Source: an uncultured virus (IMG/VR IMGVR_UViG_2551306709_000010)
Taxonomy: Duplodnaviria > Heunggongvirae > Uroviricota > Caudoviricetes
Reading direction: 5' to 3' (one strand)
IMG/VR virus record: IMGVR_UViG_2551306709_000010
Span: 1-64,000 of that record
DNA: 64,000 nt
Positions 30,495-40,560 of this stretch are shown here, piece by piece (the first letter of the stretch is position 1; every line of letters starts with the position of its first letter). The notes under the pieces were generated by a model that was not told the origin of the DNA, did no database searches, and saw nothing but the letters and a program-made list of their open reading frames with translations. The position numbers and the translations under genes are program-made.

Positions 30495-30594
30495 GGTAGG
30501 GGGGTTCAAACCTCTAAAGAGGACATGCTAAGGACCGCCGCCCCCTCTCGTGTGAATTTTCGCAGAATTAAACAAGGGGGATAGGCAAAAATCG
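30495..30594. other. Putative cos/packaging site region
   Basis: GC-rich island right after the HNH gene: GGGTAGGGGGG..GACCGCCGCCCCCTCTCGTGTG..GGGGG, as is typical next to HNH genes in 3'-cos phages. Confidence 0.6.
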
Positions 30595-30841
30595 CATAAT
30601 ATAAAGTTCAAATTAAGTAGCTACAAGTGTTGTGGTTACTTTTTTTATTGCGTAAAAGTTAAAGGCACATTCAAATAAATAACTAGTCAGTATGCTAGTT
30701 TATTTTGTGAACTACTTCTTTCTTGCAACCTACTAATAGCACAACTATTAGCAGAACCCAAGTCATTGTATTTCACAAAATATTCGTCGCATCTTTGACT
30801 TGTTATTTATTTTCATATGCCTAATGAAAGGAGCAACTCAT

Positions 30842-31282
30842 ATGACAAGTAATGAAAAAGAAAAAATAAGAGAACTAAGATTAAAAGGCATGGGATATAA
30901 AAAAATTGCTAACTTTTTAAATCTAACTAGAGATAGTGTTAGAGGATTTTGTAAGCGTAATGGGTTAGAAGGAAATTCATGTGTTGTTGCTCTGAATTTT
31001 GAAGAAAAGATGAAAAGAAATTTATTTTGTGCCTATTGTGATAAACTTTTAAAGCAAAATGGTAAAGGCAGAACTAGAAGATTTTGCTCTGATGATTGTA
31101 GAAGAAAATGGTGGAATGAAAATAAAGATAAAAGAAATAGAAAAGAAACAGCATTTTATAAATATACCTGTGCTTACTGTGGAAAAGAATTTAGTGCTTA
31201 TGGAAATAGAAATAGAAAATACTGTAGCCACAACTGCTACATTAAAGATAGATTTTGGAGGGATGAGGAAAATGGAATTTAA
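30842..31282 (+). CDS. HTH + double zinc-finger protein
   Basis: GMGYKKIANFLNLTRDSVRGFCKRN; CAYC..FCSDDC; CAYC..YCSHNC. Confidence 0.8.
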   Translation: MTSNEKEKIRELRLKGMGYKKIANFLNLTRDSVRGFCKRNGLEGNSCVVALNFEEKMKRNLFCAYCDKLLKQNGKGRTRRFCSDDCRRKWWNENKDKRNRKETAFYKYTCAYCGKEFSAYGNRNRKYCSHNCYIKDRFWRDEENGI

Positions 31283-32492
31283 GAAGTTAAAAATTTCAGA
31301 TTTAGTTCCTGCTGCATATAATCCTAGAAAAAAGTTAAAACCAGGGGATAAAGAATTTGAGAAGATTAAAAGTAGCATAAATGAATTTGGATATGTTGAA
31401 CCTATTATTGTAAATTCTGATATGACAATTATAGGAGGACATCAAAGAGTTTCGGTTTTAAAAACATTAGGTTATGAAGATATAGATTGCATTGTAATAG
31501 ATATTGATAAAACTAAAGAAAAAGCATTAAATATTGCTCTTAATAAAATTACTGGTGAATGGAACAAAGAATTACTTGCTGATTTAATAAAGGATCTACA
31601 GGAAATTGATTATGATGTAGAGTTTACAGGCTTTGAGCCACCAGAAATTGATGAACTTTTTAATGAACTTCATCCTAAAGGTGTGAAAGAAGATGGTTTT
31701 GATGAAGCACCACCAGAAGTTCCAATCACAAAGAATGGTGATATTTGGTTACTTGGAAGACATCGTTTGATATGCGGTGATAGCACAAAACTTGAAACAT
31801 ATGAAAAACTTATGGAAGGAAAGAAAGCAAATTTAGTTGTAACAGATCCCCCGTACAACGTTTCCTATGAAGGAACAGCAGGAAAAATTCAAAATGATAA
31901 TATGGAAGATAAAAAGTTTTATGAATTTCTTCTTAATGCTTATAAGGGTATGTATGAAAGCCTTGCGGATGGAGGTTCTATTTATGTATTTCATGCTGAT
32001 AGGGAAACAGTTAATTTTAGATTAGCTTTTAAAGAAGCAGGATTCTTTTGTCATCAAACTTGTATATGGATAAAGAATTCTCCAGTATTAGGACGTTGTG
32101 ATTATCAATATAATCATGAGCCTATACTTGTAGGATGGAAACCTACTGCAGGACATAAATTTTACGGAGATAGAAAGCAAAGAACCACTTGGAATTTTGA
32201 TAGACCTACAAAATCAAAATATCATCCAACAATGAAGCCAATAGCTTTAGTTGCTTACCCAATTACAAATTCAAGTTTAACAAATTCTATTGTTCTAGAT
32301 CCTTTCGGTGGAAGTGGTTCAACTCTTATAGCTTGTGAGCAAACAGATAGAATTTGCTATACTATAGAACTTGATGAAAAATATGCTGATGTTATTGTTA
32401 AGAGATATATAGGACAAGTAGATAGTGATGAAGCTGTATTTCTTATAAGAAATGGTGAAAAAATTTCTTATAAAGATATTGAAAAAAGTTAA
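31272..32492 (+). CDS. ParB-like domain fused to beta-class amino-DNA methyltransferase
   Basis: YNPRK..FGYVEPI..IIGGHQR; TDPPYN, HPTMKP, VLDPFGGSGST. Confidence 0.9.
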   Translation: MEFKKLKISDLVPAAYNPRKKLKPGDKEFEKIKSSINEFGYVEPIIVNSDMTIIGGHQRVSVLKTLGYEDIDCIVIDIDKTKEKALNIALNKITGEWNKELLADLIKDLQEIDYDVEFTGFEPPEIDELFNELHPKGVKEDGFDEAPPEVPITKNGDIWLLGRHRLICGDSTKLETYEKLMEGKKANLVVTDPPYNVSYEGTAGKIQNDNMEDKKFYEFLLNAYKGMYESLADGGSIYVFHADRETVNFRLAFKEAGFFCHQTCIWIKNSPVLGRCDYQYNHEPILVGWKPTAGHKFYGDRKQRTTWNFDRPTKSKYHPTMKPIALVAYPITNSSLTNSIVLDPFGGSGSTLIACEQTDRICYTIELDEKYADVIVKRYIGQVDSDEAVFLIRNGEKISYKDIEKS

Positions 32493-32499
32493 TAAAACC

Positions 32500-32557
32500 C
32501 TTGCTATATGTGTGCTTTAGAGTGATATATGTATGTAACGAAAACACACATGGAGGT
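32500..32557 (+). promoter_or_regulatory. Hairpin/promoter-like motif, copy A
   Basis: TTGCTAT-N12-GAGTGATATATGTA; arms ATGTGTGCTTT / AAAACACACAT next to the RBS. Confidence 0.6.
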
Positions 32558-32562
32558 TTAAA

Positions 32563-32874
32563 ATGAAAGCATTATTTGGAAGAAAGGTTTTAAATTTAAA
32601 GGAGCTTAAATACCTTACAAAAGAGGCTAAGAAAGATGGAATGAAAGGAGAACTTTACGAAGTTACAAAAGAAATAAAATTAAGTGATGAGGAATTTAAA
32701 GAATTTGCAAAAGACTTTTGCAGAGATCAAAATTGGATAACAAAAGAAGATGGAGGATGCAATTCAAAAGGAGAACTAAGATGCATAAGAGTTAAAAATA
32801 TAAAAAACAATAAAAGCATTTTGGTTGATTCAGAAGGTTATGATTATCCAAGATACACAGCAATAGAAAAGTAG
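32563..32874 (+). CDS. Conserved phage/ICE protein (DUF6329-like)
   Basis: ALFGRK..ILVDSEGYDYPRY motif. Confidence 0.7.
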   Translation: MKALFGRKVLNLKELKYLTKEAKKDGMKGELYEVTKEIKLSDEEFKEFAKDFCRDQNWITKEDGGCNSKGELRCIRVKNIKNNKSILVDSEGYDYPRYTAIEK

Positions 32875-33050
32875 AATTTAAGCCACCTAAAGGGTGGTTT
32901 TCCTTATGCTGTAATTATAGAAATTAAGCCATAAAAAATATATTTTATTTGATAGAATCTTGCATATATAACTGGATATACACACCTTTCAGAGGTAATA
33001 TGTACACTACCAAAAGGTAATAAACACACTTTGAAAGGAGTAGAAAAGAA

Positions 33051-33956
33051 TTGAAGAACCAAACAATTGGTGTAGAAATTGAAATGACAGGAATTACAAG
33101 AGAAAAAGCTTCAAAAGTTATTTCAAAATTTCTAAAGGGAGAAATCAAAAGAAGCTATGATAGTTATGATACCTATAAGGTAACAGCGCCAGACAAAAGA
33201 ATCTGGAAAATAATGAGTGATGCAAGTATTCAAACAATGAAAAAAGAAAAAGGTACACTTATTTCAGCAGATAAAAGTTATAGTGTAGAACTTGTAACGC
33301 CTATTATAAAGTATGAAGATATTGAAACCTTGCAAGAACTTATAAGACAGCTTAGACATGCAGGAGCAGTTAGTGAAAGTAAGCTGAAATGTGGAATTCA
33401 TATTCATATAGGTGCAAAAGGACATACTCCAAATACTTTAAAGAATCTAGTTAATCTTATAGCAGCAAAGGAGGATTTAATTTATAAAAGTCTTGAGATT
33501 GATCCAGCTAGGGTTAAGTATTGCAAAAAGGTTAATGAGCATTTGATAGAAACTATAAATAAAAAGAAACCTAAAAGCTTAAAGGAACTTGCAGATATTT
33601 GGTATAGCGATTATGGCGTTGAGAATAGGAGAAGGCACTACCATACCAGCAGATACCATGGACTAAATTTGCATAGTACTTTTATAAAAGGAACTATTGA
33701 ATTTAGAATTTTTAATGGAACTATGCACGCAGGGAAAATTAGAAGTTACATAGTTTTTTGCCTTGCTATTAGCCATCAAGCATTAAAACAAAAAAGTGCA
33801 AGTGCAAAACGTACACATACTGATAATGAAAAATATACCTTTAGGTGTTGGCTTCTTAGACTTGGACTTATAGGAGATGAATTTAAAAATTGCAGAATGC
33901 ATCTTATGAAATCTCTTGATGGGGATTCAGCTTTTAGAACACCAAGGATCGCTTGA
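33051..33956 (+). CDS. Amidoligase_2 (COOH-NH2 ligase-type) family protein
   Basis: IGVEIE, DASI, ELVTP, CGIHIHIG, RYHGLN, TIEFRIFNGT. Confidence 0.9.
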   Translation: MKNQTIGVEIEMTGITREKASKVISKFLKGEIKRSYDSYDTYKVTAPDKRIWKIMSDASIQTMKKEKGTLISADKSYSVELVTPIIKYEDIETLQELIRQLRHAGAVSESKLKCGIHIHIGAKGHTPNTLKNLVNLIAAKEDLIYKSLEIDPARVKYCKKVNEHLIETINKKKPKSLKELADIWYSDYGVENRRRHYHTSRYHGLNLHSTFIKGTIEFRIFNGTMHAGKIRSYIVFCLAISHQALKQKSASAKRTHTDNEKYTFRCWLLRLGLIGDEFKNCRMHLMKSLDGDSAFRTPRIA

Positions 33957-34024
33957 AGCTAGAAATTCCTTAAAAATTTCATAGATGTTTTATTAAAAAT
34001 AAACTAAAGTAGCGGAGGTTATTT

Positions 34025-34234
34025 ATGGATAAATTTTTCACACAAAAAACTTGTGATAGATGTGGTGGTTCTTTAGAAAAGGGAAGGATCATGTCAATGT
34101 TTAATACCGAGTGCATTTGCATGGATTGCTCTAAAAAAGAAAAACAAGATAAGGACTATGAAAAGGCAGTTAAGGCTGACCATGAAGAAATTAAAAAGGG
34201 TAACTATAATTACAAAGGCATAAGAGGTAAATAA
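34025..34234 (+). CDS. Small zinc-binding protein
   Basis: CDRCGG..RIMSMFNTECICMDC; GCGGAGG RBS. Confidence 0.7.
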   Translation: MDKFFTQKTCDRCGGSLEKGRIMSMFNTECICMDCSKKEKQDKDYEKAVKADHEEIKKGNYNYKGIRGK

Positions 34235-34315
34235 ATTAGAAAATTATATGAAGAACTTACTAAATTACAGTAGGTTCTTTTTTGTTATAGATTTTAAAGA
34301 TTGGAGGTGAAAACT

Positions 34316-34798
34316 ATGGCACAAAGGGGAAGAAAACCAAAGCCAACTGCAATTAAAATAATTGAAGGAAATCCAGGTAAAAGACCACTAAATAAAAATG
34401 AACCTAAACCACAAAAGAAAGCACCAAGATGCCCAGGTTGGTTAGAAGATGATGCAAAAAAGGAATGGAGAAGAATGGCAAAACAGATGGAGCACCTAGG
34501 TACTTTAACTGAAATAGATATGGCAGCATTTGCAGGATATTGCCAGGCTTATGCAAGGTGGAAGGAAGCAGAGGAGTTTGTTACAAAACATGGTGCTATA
34601 GTAAAAACTCCATCCGGTTATTGGCAGCAAGTACCACAGGTTTCAATAGCACAAACTTATTTAAAAATAATGAATAAGTTTTGTGAACAATTTGGTCTTA
34701 CTCCATCTTCAAGAAGTAGAATCATTACAGATTCAAATGAAAATGAAGATGACAAGATGGAATTATTGCTATTTAAGGGTGGTGGCAAGAATGTATGA
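34316..34798 (+). CDS. terS: Terminase small subunit (P27 family)
   Basis: RGRKPKPTAIK..GNPGKR; FGLTPSSRSR. Confidence 0.9.
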   Translation: MAQRGRKPKPTAIKIIEGNPGKRPLNKNEPKPQKKAPRCPGWLEDDAKKEWRRMAKQMEHLGTLTEIDMAAFAGYCQAYARWKEAEEFVTKHGAIVKTPSGYWQQVPQVSIAQTYLKIMNKFCEQFGLTPSSRSRIITDSNENEDDKMELLLFKGGGKNV

Positions 34799-36338
34799 TG
34801 CAGCAAAGGCACAATATGTTGTTGATTTTATAAATTGTTTAAAACACACAAAAGGCAGATGGAAGGGACAAAACTTTGATCTTCTTTCATGGCAGGACAA
34901 AATTATAAGAGATATTTTTGGAAATATAAAGCCTAATGGATACAGGCAATATAATACAGCCTATGTTGAAATACCAAAAAAGAATGGCAAATCAGAACTT
35001 GCAGCAGCAGTTGCTTTATATATGACTTGTGGAGATAATGAGTGGGGAGCAGAAGTTTATGGATGTGCTTCAGATAGGCAACAAGCATCTATAGTTTTTG
35101 ATGTAGCAGTTGATATGGTAGAACAATGTCCGGCTTTAAAAAGAAGGATAAAACCTATAATGTCAGTTAAAAGATTAGTTTTTAAACCCACAAATAGTTA
35201 TTATCAAGTATTATCAGCAGAAGCTTACACAAAGCATGGCTTAAATGTTCATGCAGTTATTTTTGATGAACTTCATAGTCAGCCAAACAGAGGATTGTTT
35301 GATGTTATGACAAAGGGAAGTGGAGATGCTAGAACTCAACCCTTATTCTTTTTAATAACTACAGCAGGAACAGATAGAAATTCTATATGCTTTGAGCAAC
35401 ACCAAAAGGCTATGGATATTATAGAAGGCAGAAAAATAGATTCTACTTTTTACCCTGTTATATATGGAATTAAAGATGATGATGATTGGACATCAGAAGA
35501 AAATTGGTATAAAGCTAATCCATCACTTGGACATACTATTGATATAGAAAAAGTTAGAAATGCTTTTAATAGCGCAAAAGAAAATCCAGCTGAAGAAAAT
35601 ATATTTAGGCAATTAAGACTTAATCAATGGGTAAAACAATCCACTCGTTGGATGCCAATGGATAAATGGGATGAGTGTGATTTTAATATAGATATAGATT
35701 CATTAAAAGGTAGAAAATGTTATGGAGGACTTGACCTTTCAAGTACTACAGATATTACTGCTTTTGTTTTAGTTTTTCCACCAAGAAATGATACTGAAAA
35801 ATATATAGTTTTACCTTTCTTTTGGATACCAGAAGATAACTTAAAACTAAGAGTAAGAAGAGACCATGTACCTTATGATGTGTGGGAGAAACAAGGATTT
35901 ATAAAAACAACGGAAGGTAATGTTGTTCATTATGGATTTATAGAAACTTTTATTGAAGAGTTAGGAACTAAATATAACATAAAAGAAATAGCTTTTGACC
36001 GCTGGGGAGCTATTCAAATGGTGCAAAATCTTGATGGTATGGGCTTTACAGTAGTACCATTCGGACAAGGATATAAAGATATGTCCCCACCATCAAAAGA
36101 ATTAATGAAACTAACTTTAGAAGAAAGAATAGCACATGGTGGTAATCCTGTGCTTAGATGGATGATGGATAATATATTTATAAAACAAGACCCCGCAGGA
36201 AATATAAAGCCTGATAAAGAAAAAAGTACAGAAAAAATTGATGGAGCCGTAGCACTAATAATGGCTTTGGATAGAAGTATTAGAAATGCTGGATGTACCG
36301 GAAGTGTGTATGATGAGAGGGGAATATTAATTTTATAG
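34791..36338 (+). CDS. terL: Terminase large subunit
   Basis: PKKNGKS, IFDELH, ITTAG, GLDLS, KIDGAVA. Confidence 0.95.
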   Translation: MYDAAKAQYVVDFINCLKHTKGRWKGQNFDLLSWQDKIIRDIFGNIKPNGYRQYNTAYVEIPKKNGKSELAAAVALYMTCGDNEWGAEVYGCASDRQQASIVFDVAVDMVEQCPALKRRIKPIMSVKRLVFKPTNSYYQVLSAEAYTKHGLNVHAVIFDELHSQPNRGLFDVMTKGSGDARTQPLFFLITTAGTDRNSICFEQHQKAMDIIEGRKIDSTFYPVIYGIKDDDDWTSEENWYKANPSLGHTIDIEKVRNAFNSAKENPAEENIFRQLRLNQWVKQSTRWMPMDKWDECDFNIDIDSLKGRKCYGGLDLSSTTDITAFVLVFPPRNDTEKYIVLPFFWIPEDNLKLRVRRDHVPYDVWEKQGFIKTTEGNVVHYGFIETFIEELGTKYNIKEIAFDRWGAIQMVQNLDGMGFTVVPFGQGYKDMSPPSKELMKLTLEERIAHGGNPVLRWMMDNIFIKQDPAGNIKPDKEKSTEKIDGAVALIMALDRSIRNAGCTGSVYDERGILIL

Positions 36339-36416
36339 TTAGGTATATTATATTATTAAAAATAAATGAGTATTAAGTATATAGCGTGTATATAGTAAAT
36401 ATAATTGTATTAAGAT

Positions 36417-36872
36417 ATGAGGATTATGGAAAATATAATATATGAGGTGATTTATGTGAAAAATTCATTAGTTTCATGGAATGAGTGTATAAGTATAAAA
36501 AAAATAATAGAGATTAAATTAGATAATTTACCACAAAAGGAAAACTATGAAAGAAATGAAATAATTGGTGGAATCACAATTGATTCTATTTTAAGTAATA
36601 TTCCAACAGCATTATTTATCTTATTTAAAATTGATAACAAAATATATATAAACCAATACAGTTTAGTTCAGTATTTAAGAAATTTTTTAGAAGATAAAAT
36701 AGAAATAAAAAGTTCTAACAATTATTTGAATAATATTTCAGAGAAAACTTATAAACAGCTAACAAAAATTCAACAAGAAGATATATTAAATTATCTTTTG
36801 AACTGTACAATAATTGATTTAAACGGTTGTGAAAAAGAAAATATATCAAAAATAATATATAGATATTGTTGA
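36417..36872 (+). CDS. Degenerate DUF262-like protein (moron; start may be GTG 36456)
   Basis: IDSILSNIPTALFILF, KTYKQLT..LLNCTII and ISKIIYRY parallel the neighbouring DUF262 domain but lack QR and DGxQR. Confidence 0.55.
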   Translation: MRIMENIIYEVIYVKNSLVSWNECISIKKIIEIKLDNLPQKENYERNEIIGGITIDSILSNIPTALFILFKIDNKIYINQYSLVQYLRNFLEDKIEIKSSNNYLNNISEKTYKQLTKIQQEDILNYLLNCTIIDLNGCEKENISKIIYRYC

Positions 36873-36933
36873 GTATTAGCAATATAGATTTTTATACAAA
36901 TTTATAATATAATGTCATAAAGAGGTGATTTTT

Positions 36934-38040
36934 ATGACAAATAGGAAATTAGTTAGCTTTAATGATGAAAATGTAGATAGCTATTCAAATGATGATTTAT
37001 ATAATATTATGTCGTGGGGAGCAGATTTGTCATTTAGGGAATTAATAAATATGTATGAAGATGATGACCTAATGAAACCTGAACTTCAAAGAAATTATGT
37101 TTGGGATAGAAAGGAGGCAAGTAGGTTTATTGAGTCAATTTTGCTGGGATTACCAGTTCCAAGCATTTTTTTAGCCAAGCTTCCAAATGAAAAAAAATTG
37201 ATAATCGATGGTTATCAAAGAATATTAACAGTATATGGATATATTAAAGGGATATTTTATAGAGATAAGAAAGTCTTTAAACTTTTCAATTCAGATTTAA
37301 TTAATGAAAGATGGAGAGGAAAGGCTTATAGCGAATTAAATGACGATGATAAAAGAAGAATAAGGACATCTACTATACATGCAATTATTTTTGAACAAAA
37401 AACCCCTAAAGATGATGATACAAGTCTTCACCAGATATTTGAAAGGATTAATACTGGGGGGAGAACTTTAAATGCACAGGAAATAAGAAATTGTGTGTCT
37501 CAAGGACCATTAAATTTACTATTATTAGAATTAAATAAAAATCAGAAATGGAGAAATCTATATGGAAGTGAAAAAGAAGATACTAGGATGAGGGATTTAG
37601 AATTTATTTTAAGGTTTTTTGCATTGTCTTCTAAAGAAATTATAAAAACTGATAAGAAACAAATATCGTTAAAAAATATGTTAGATACATTCATGCAGAG
37701 TAAGGAAAATAATTCAGAAGATAAAATTGAGGGTTTTAAGAATACATTTAATAATGTAATTGATAAGATATATGAGTTATATGGAGATAATGCATTTAAT
37801 AATTATTCTGTTGAAGAAAATAATTACATAAATAAATTTCATCCAACTATATATGATTCACTTATGATATCTACTATGAACAACATTGATAAAATCGAGA
37901 ATAATGTGAATTATGAAGAAAGAAAAATAAGATTACTTCAAGATGAAGATTATAAAATTTACATTTCTGAGAGAACTACAAATACTGAGCATATAAGAGG
38001 AAGAATAAGAATAGCTTCCAATTTGTTGTATGGTGAGTAA
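36934..38040 (+). CDS. DUF262 (ParB/Srx-like, GmrSD N-terminal-type) domain protein
   Basis: PELQRNYVW, FIESILLGLPVPSIF, IIDGYQR, IFERINTGG..LNAQEIR. Confidence 0.9.
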   Translation: MTNRKLVSFNDENVDSYSNDDLYNIMSWGADLSFRELINMYEDDDLMKPELQRNYVWDRKEASRFIESILLGLPVPSIFLAKLPNEKKLIIDGYQRILTVYGYIKGIFYRDKKVFKLFNSDLINERWRGKAYSELNDDDKRRIRTSTIHAIIFEQKTPKDDDTSLHQIFERINTGGRTLNAQEIRNCVSQGPLNLLLLELNKNQKWRNLYGSEKEDTRMRDLEFILRFFALSSKEIIKTDKKQISLKNMLDTFMQSKENNSEDKIEGFKNTFNNVIDKIYELYGDNAFNNYSVEENNYINKFHPTIYDSLMISTMNNIDKIENNVNYEERKIRLLQDEDYKIYISERTTNTEHIRGRIRIASNLLYGE

Positions 38041-38542
38041 TATGAAAAACAGTATTGCTGAAGGATGCCTTAATAGTTGTATGGAAGAAATAAATATTAT
38101 AAAGAAAGATATAGATAATAATAAACTTGCAAGAGTTAATAAGTTTTTGATTCAATATGCAATAATTTGTGCAAGTGCTAGTATAGAGGTAGCTGTAAAA
38201 ACTATAATTTCGGATCAAGTTCAAATTGGTGCAAATGAAAATGCAAAGAATTATCTTAATAAGGCAATTAGAAATAATTCAATGAATCCTAGTTATTCTA
38301 AGATACAACAATTAATGAATGAAATAAATCCTAAGTGGAAAAAGGATTTGCTAGAACAAGTAAGAAATCATCCCAATAAAGATAGAATTACAAGTAGTCT
38401 TGATAATATTGTTAAAAATAGGAATGGTATTTCTCATGGTAGGGGCGCTAATGCTTCGATAGAAAATGTTGTACAATGGTTAAATGATGCTATTAATATA
38501 GTAAAAATCATTGATTCAGTAGTTGATATAGATAATAATTGA
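38030..38542 (+). CDS. HEPN-domain protein (RiboL-PSP / MAE_28990-like)
   Basis: YAIICASASIE helix and RNGISHG (RxxxxH) motif; overlaps the DUF262 stop. Confidence 0.8.
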   Translation: MVSNMKNSIAEGCLNSCMEEINIIKKDIDNNKLARVNKFLIQYAIICASASIEVAVKTIISDQVQIGANENAKNYLNKAIRNNSMNPSYSKIQQLMNEINPKWKKDLLEQVRNHPNKDRITSSLDNIVKNRNGISHGRGANASIENVVQWLNDAINIVKIIDSVVDIDNN

Positions 38543-38562
38543 AATGATGTATATATATAATA

Positions 38563-38589
38563 AAGTATCTCAATTTGAGGTGCTTTTTT
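38563..38589 (+). terminator. Moron terminator
   Basis: AAGTATCTC-loop-GAGGTGCTTTTTT. Confidence 0.65.
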
Positions 38590-38616
38590 CATACCCATTT
38601 TTAGGAGGTGTGCAAA

Positions 38617-39861
38617 ATTAAAATACCAATATTTAAAAGAAAATCAAGAGATAAGCCTAAAAATAATTTTATAGGTTCTGCCTATAGTTTTTTCTTTGGC
38701 GGAACATCCAGTGGCAAAGTTGTTAATGAAAGAACCGCAATGCAAACTACTGCAGTTTATGCTTGTGTTAGAATTCTTGCAGAGTCTATTGCTTCACTTC
38801 CACTGCATCTTTATAAATATAGTGAAGATGGTGGAAAAAATAAAGCTATAAATCATTCTTTATATTATTTATTACATGATGAGCCAAACCCGGAGATGAC
38901 TTCTTTTGTGTTTAGAGAAACACTTATGAGTCATCTTTTATTATGGGGAAATGCTTATGCACAAATTATAAGAGATGGTAGAAATAAAATTTTAGCTATG
39001 TATCCACTACTGCCTAATAAGATTACAGTAAATAGAGCATATAACGGTGAGATTTATTATATTTATACAAAGAATAATGATGATGGAAAAGGCTATGGTC
39101 AAGTTATTTTAAGAGATTATGAAGTGCTTCATATTCCAGGACTTGGGTTTGATGGATTAATAGGATATTCACCAATTGCTATGGCTAAAAATGCAGTTGG
39201 AATGTGCATAGCTTGTGAAGAATATGGAGCAAGTTTCTTTGCAAACGGAGCAAATCCAGGAGGTGTACTTGAACATCCAGGAGTAGTTAAAGATCCTAAA
39301 AGAGTAAGGGACAGCTGGAACGAAGTATATAAAGGCACAGGAAATGCACATAAAATTGCTGTACTTGAGGAAGGTATGAAGTTTCAAAGTATAGGAATTC
39401 CACCAGATCAAGCACAGTTTTTAGAGACGAGGAAATTTCAGTTAGATGAGATTGCTCGTCTTTTTCGTATTCCACCACATATGATTGGGGATTTAGATAA
39501 ATCTAGTTTTTCAAATATAGAACAGCAAAGTCTTGAGTTTGTAAAATACACTTTAAATCCATGGGTAATTAGATGGGAACAGGCTATACAAAAATCATTA
39601 TTAAGTCCAAAAGAAAAAGGGAAATACTTTGTAAAGTTCAATGTAGATGGTTTGCTTCGTGGAGATTATGAAAGCAGAACTAGAGGTTATGCAGTTGGCA
39701 GACAAAATGGATGGTTATCTTCAAATGATATAAGAGAACTTGAAGATATGAATCCAATTCCAAGTGATGAAGGAGGAAATTTATATCTTGTAAATGGAAA
39801 TATGACAAAGTTAAAAGAGGCAGGTGCATTTGCAAATAAAAAGAATGGAGGGGATAAATGA
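38617..39861 (+). CDS. HK97-family portal protein (probable ATT start)
   Basis: AVYACVRILAESIASLP, LLWGNAYA, IARLFRIPPHMIG; AGGAGG 8 nt before ATT38617. Confidence 0.95.
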   Translation: MKIPIFKRKSRDKPKNNFIGSAYSFFFGGTSSGKVVNERTAMQTTAVYACVRILAESIASLPLHLYKYSEDGGKNKAINHSLYYLLHDEPNPEMTSFVFRETLMSHLLLWGNAYAQIIRDGRNKILAMYPLLPNKITVNRAYNGEIYYIYTKNNDDGKGYGQVILRDYEVLHIPGLGFDGLIGYSPIAMAKNAVGMCIACEEYGASFFANGANPGGVLEHPGVVKDPKRVRDSWNEVYKGTGNAHKIAVLEEGMKFQSIGIPPDQAQFLETRKFQLDEIARLFRIPPHMIGDLDKSSFSNIEQQSLEFVKYTLNPWVIRWEQAIQKSLLSPKEKGKYFVKFNVDGLLRGDYESRTRGYAVGRQNGWLSSNDIRELEDMNPIPSDEGGNLYLVNGNMTKLKEAGAFANKKNGGDK

Positions 39862-40547
39862 TGAAAAAGAAGTTCTGGAATTGGATTAAGAATGAAGAAA
39901 ACAGAACTCTATATTTAGATGGTGCTATTGCAGAGGAAAGCTGGTATGGAGATGAAGTAACTCCTAAAGAATTTAAGGCAGAATTAGTAAGTGATGATGG
40001 GGATATAACAGTTTGGATTAATTCACCAGGTGGAGATGTATTTGCGGCATCACAAATTTATAATATGCTAATGGACTATAGTGGAAATGTAATTGTTAAA
40101 ATTGATGGACTTGCAGCAAGTGCAGCTTCAGTAATTGCAATGGCAGGAAGTGAAGTTCAAATATCTCCTGTTGCTATGTTTATGATTCACAATCCCATGA
40201 CAATTGTAAGTGGAGATACAAAAGAAATGAATAAGGCTATAGATATGTTAAATGAAGTAAAAGAGAGCATTATAAATGCTTATGAATTAAAAACAGGACT
40301 TAAAAGGAATAAAATAGCAAGTCTTATGGATGCTGAAAGTTGGTTCAATGCAAAGAAAGCTGTGGAACTTGGATTTGCAGATAAAATAATGTTTGCAGAT
40401 AAAGAAGATATTAAAGATTTAAAAGGTGAAGTATTTAGTAGAAACATAACTAATAAAGCACTTTTAAATAAACTTTCTACAAATAATAATGAATCAAAAA
40501 TATCAATTAAAAATCTAGATAAAAGACTAGAACTTTTAAAATATTAA
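39858..40547 (+). CDS. ClpP-like prohead protease
   Basis: INSPGGDVF, GLAASAASVIAMAG, MIHNP. Confidence 0.95.
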   Translation: MMKKKFWNWIKNEENRTLYLDGAIAEESWYGDEVTPKEFKAELVSDDGDITVWINSPGGDVFAASQIYNMLMDYSGNVIVKIDGLAASAASVIAMAGSEVQISPVAMFMIHNPMTIVSGDTKEMNKAIDMLNEVKESIINAYELKTGLKRNKIASLMDAESWFNAKKAVELGFADKIMFADKEDIKDLKGEVFSRNITNKALLNKLSTNNNESKISIKNLDKRLELLKY

Positions 40548-40560
40548 GGAGGACTACAGA

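Noticed and set aside
31059..31271. 71-aa N-terminal extension of the ParB-MTase
   Set aside because: Overlaps the HTH-ZnF gene in another frame; RBS and domain start favour ATG31272.
34683..34790. N-terminal extension of TerL
   Set aside because: Overlaps terS; ATG34791 with an upstream GGTGG is the plausible start.
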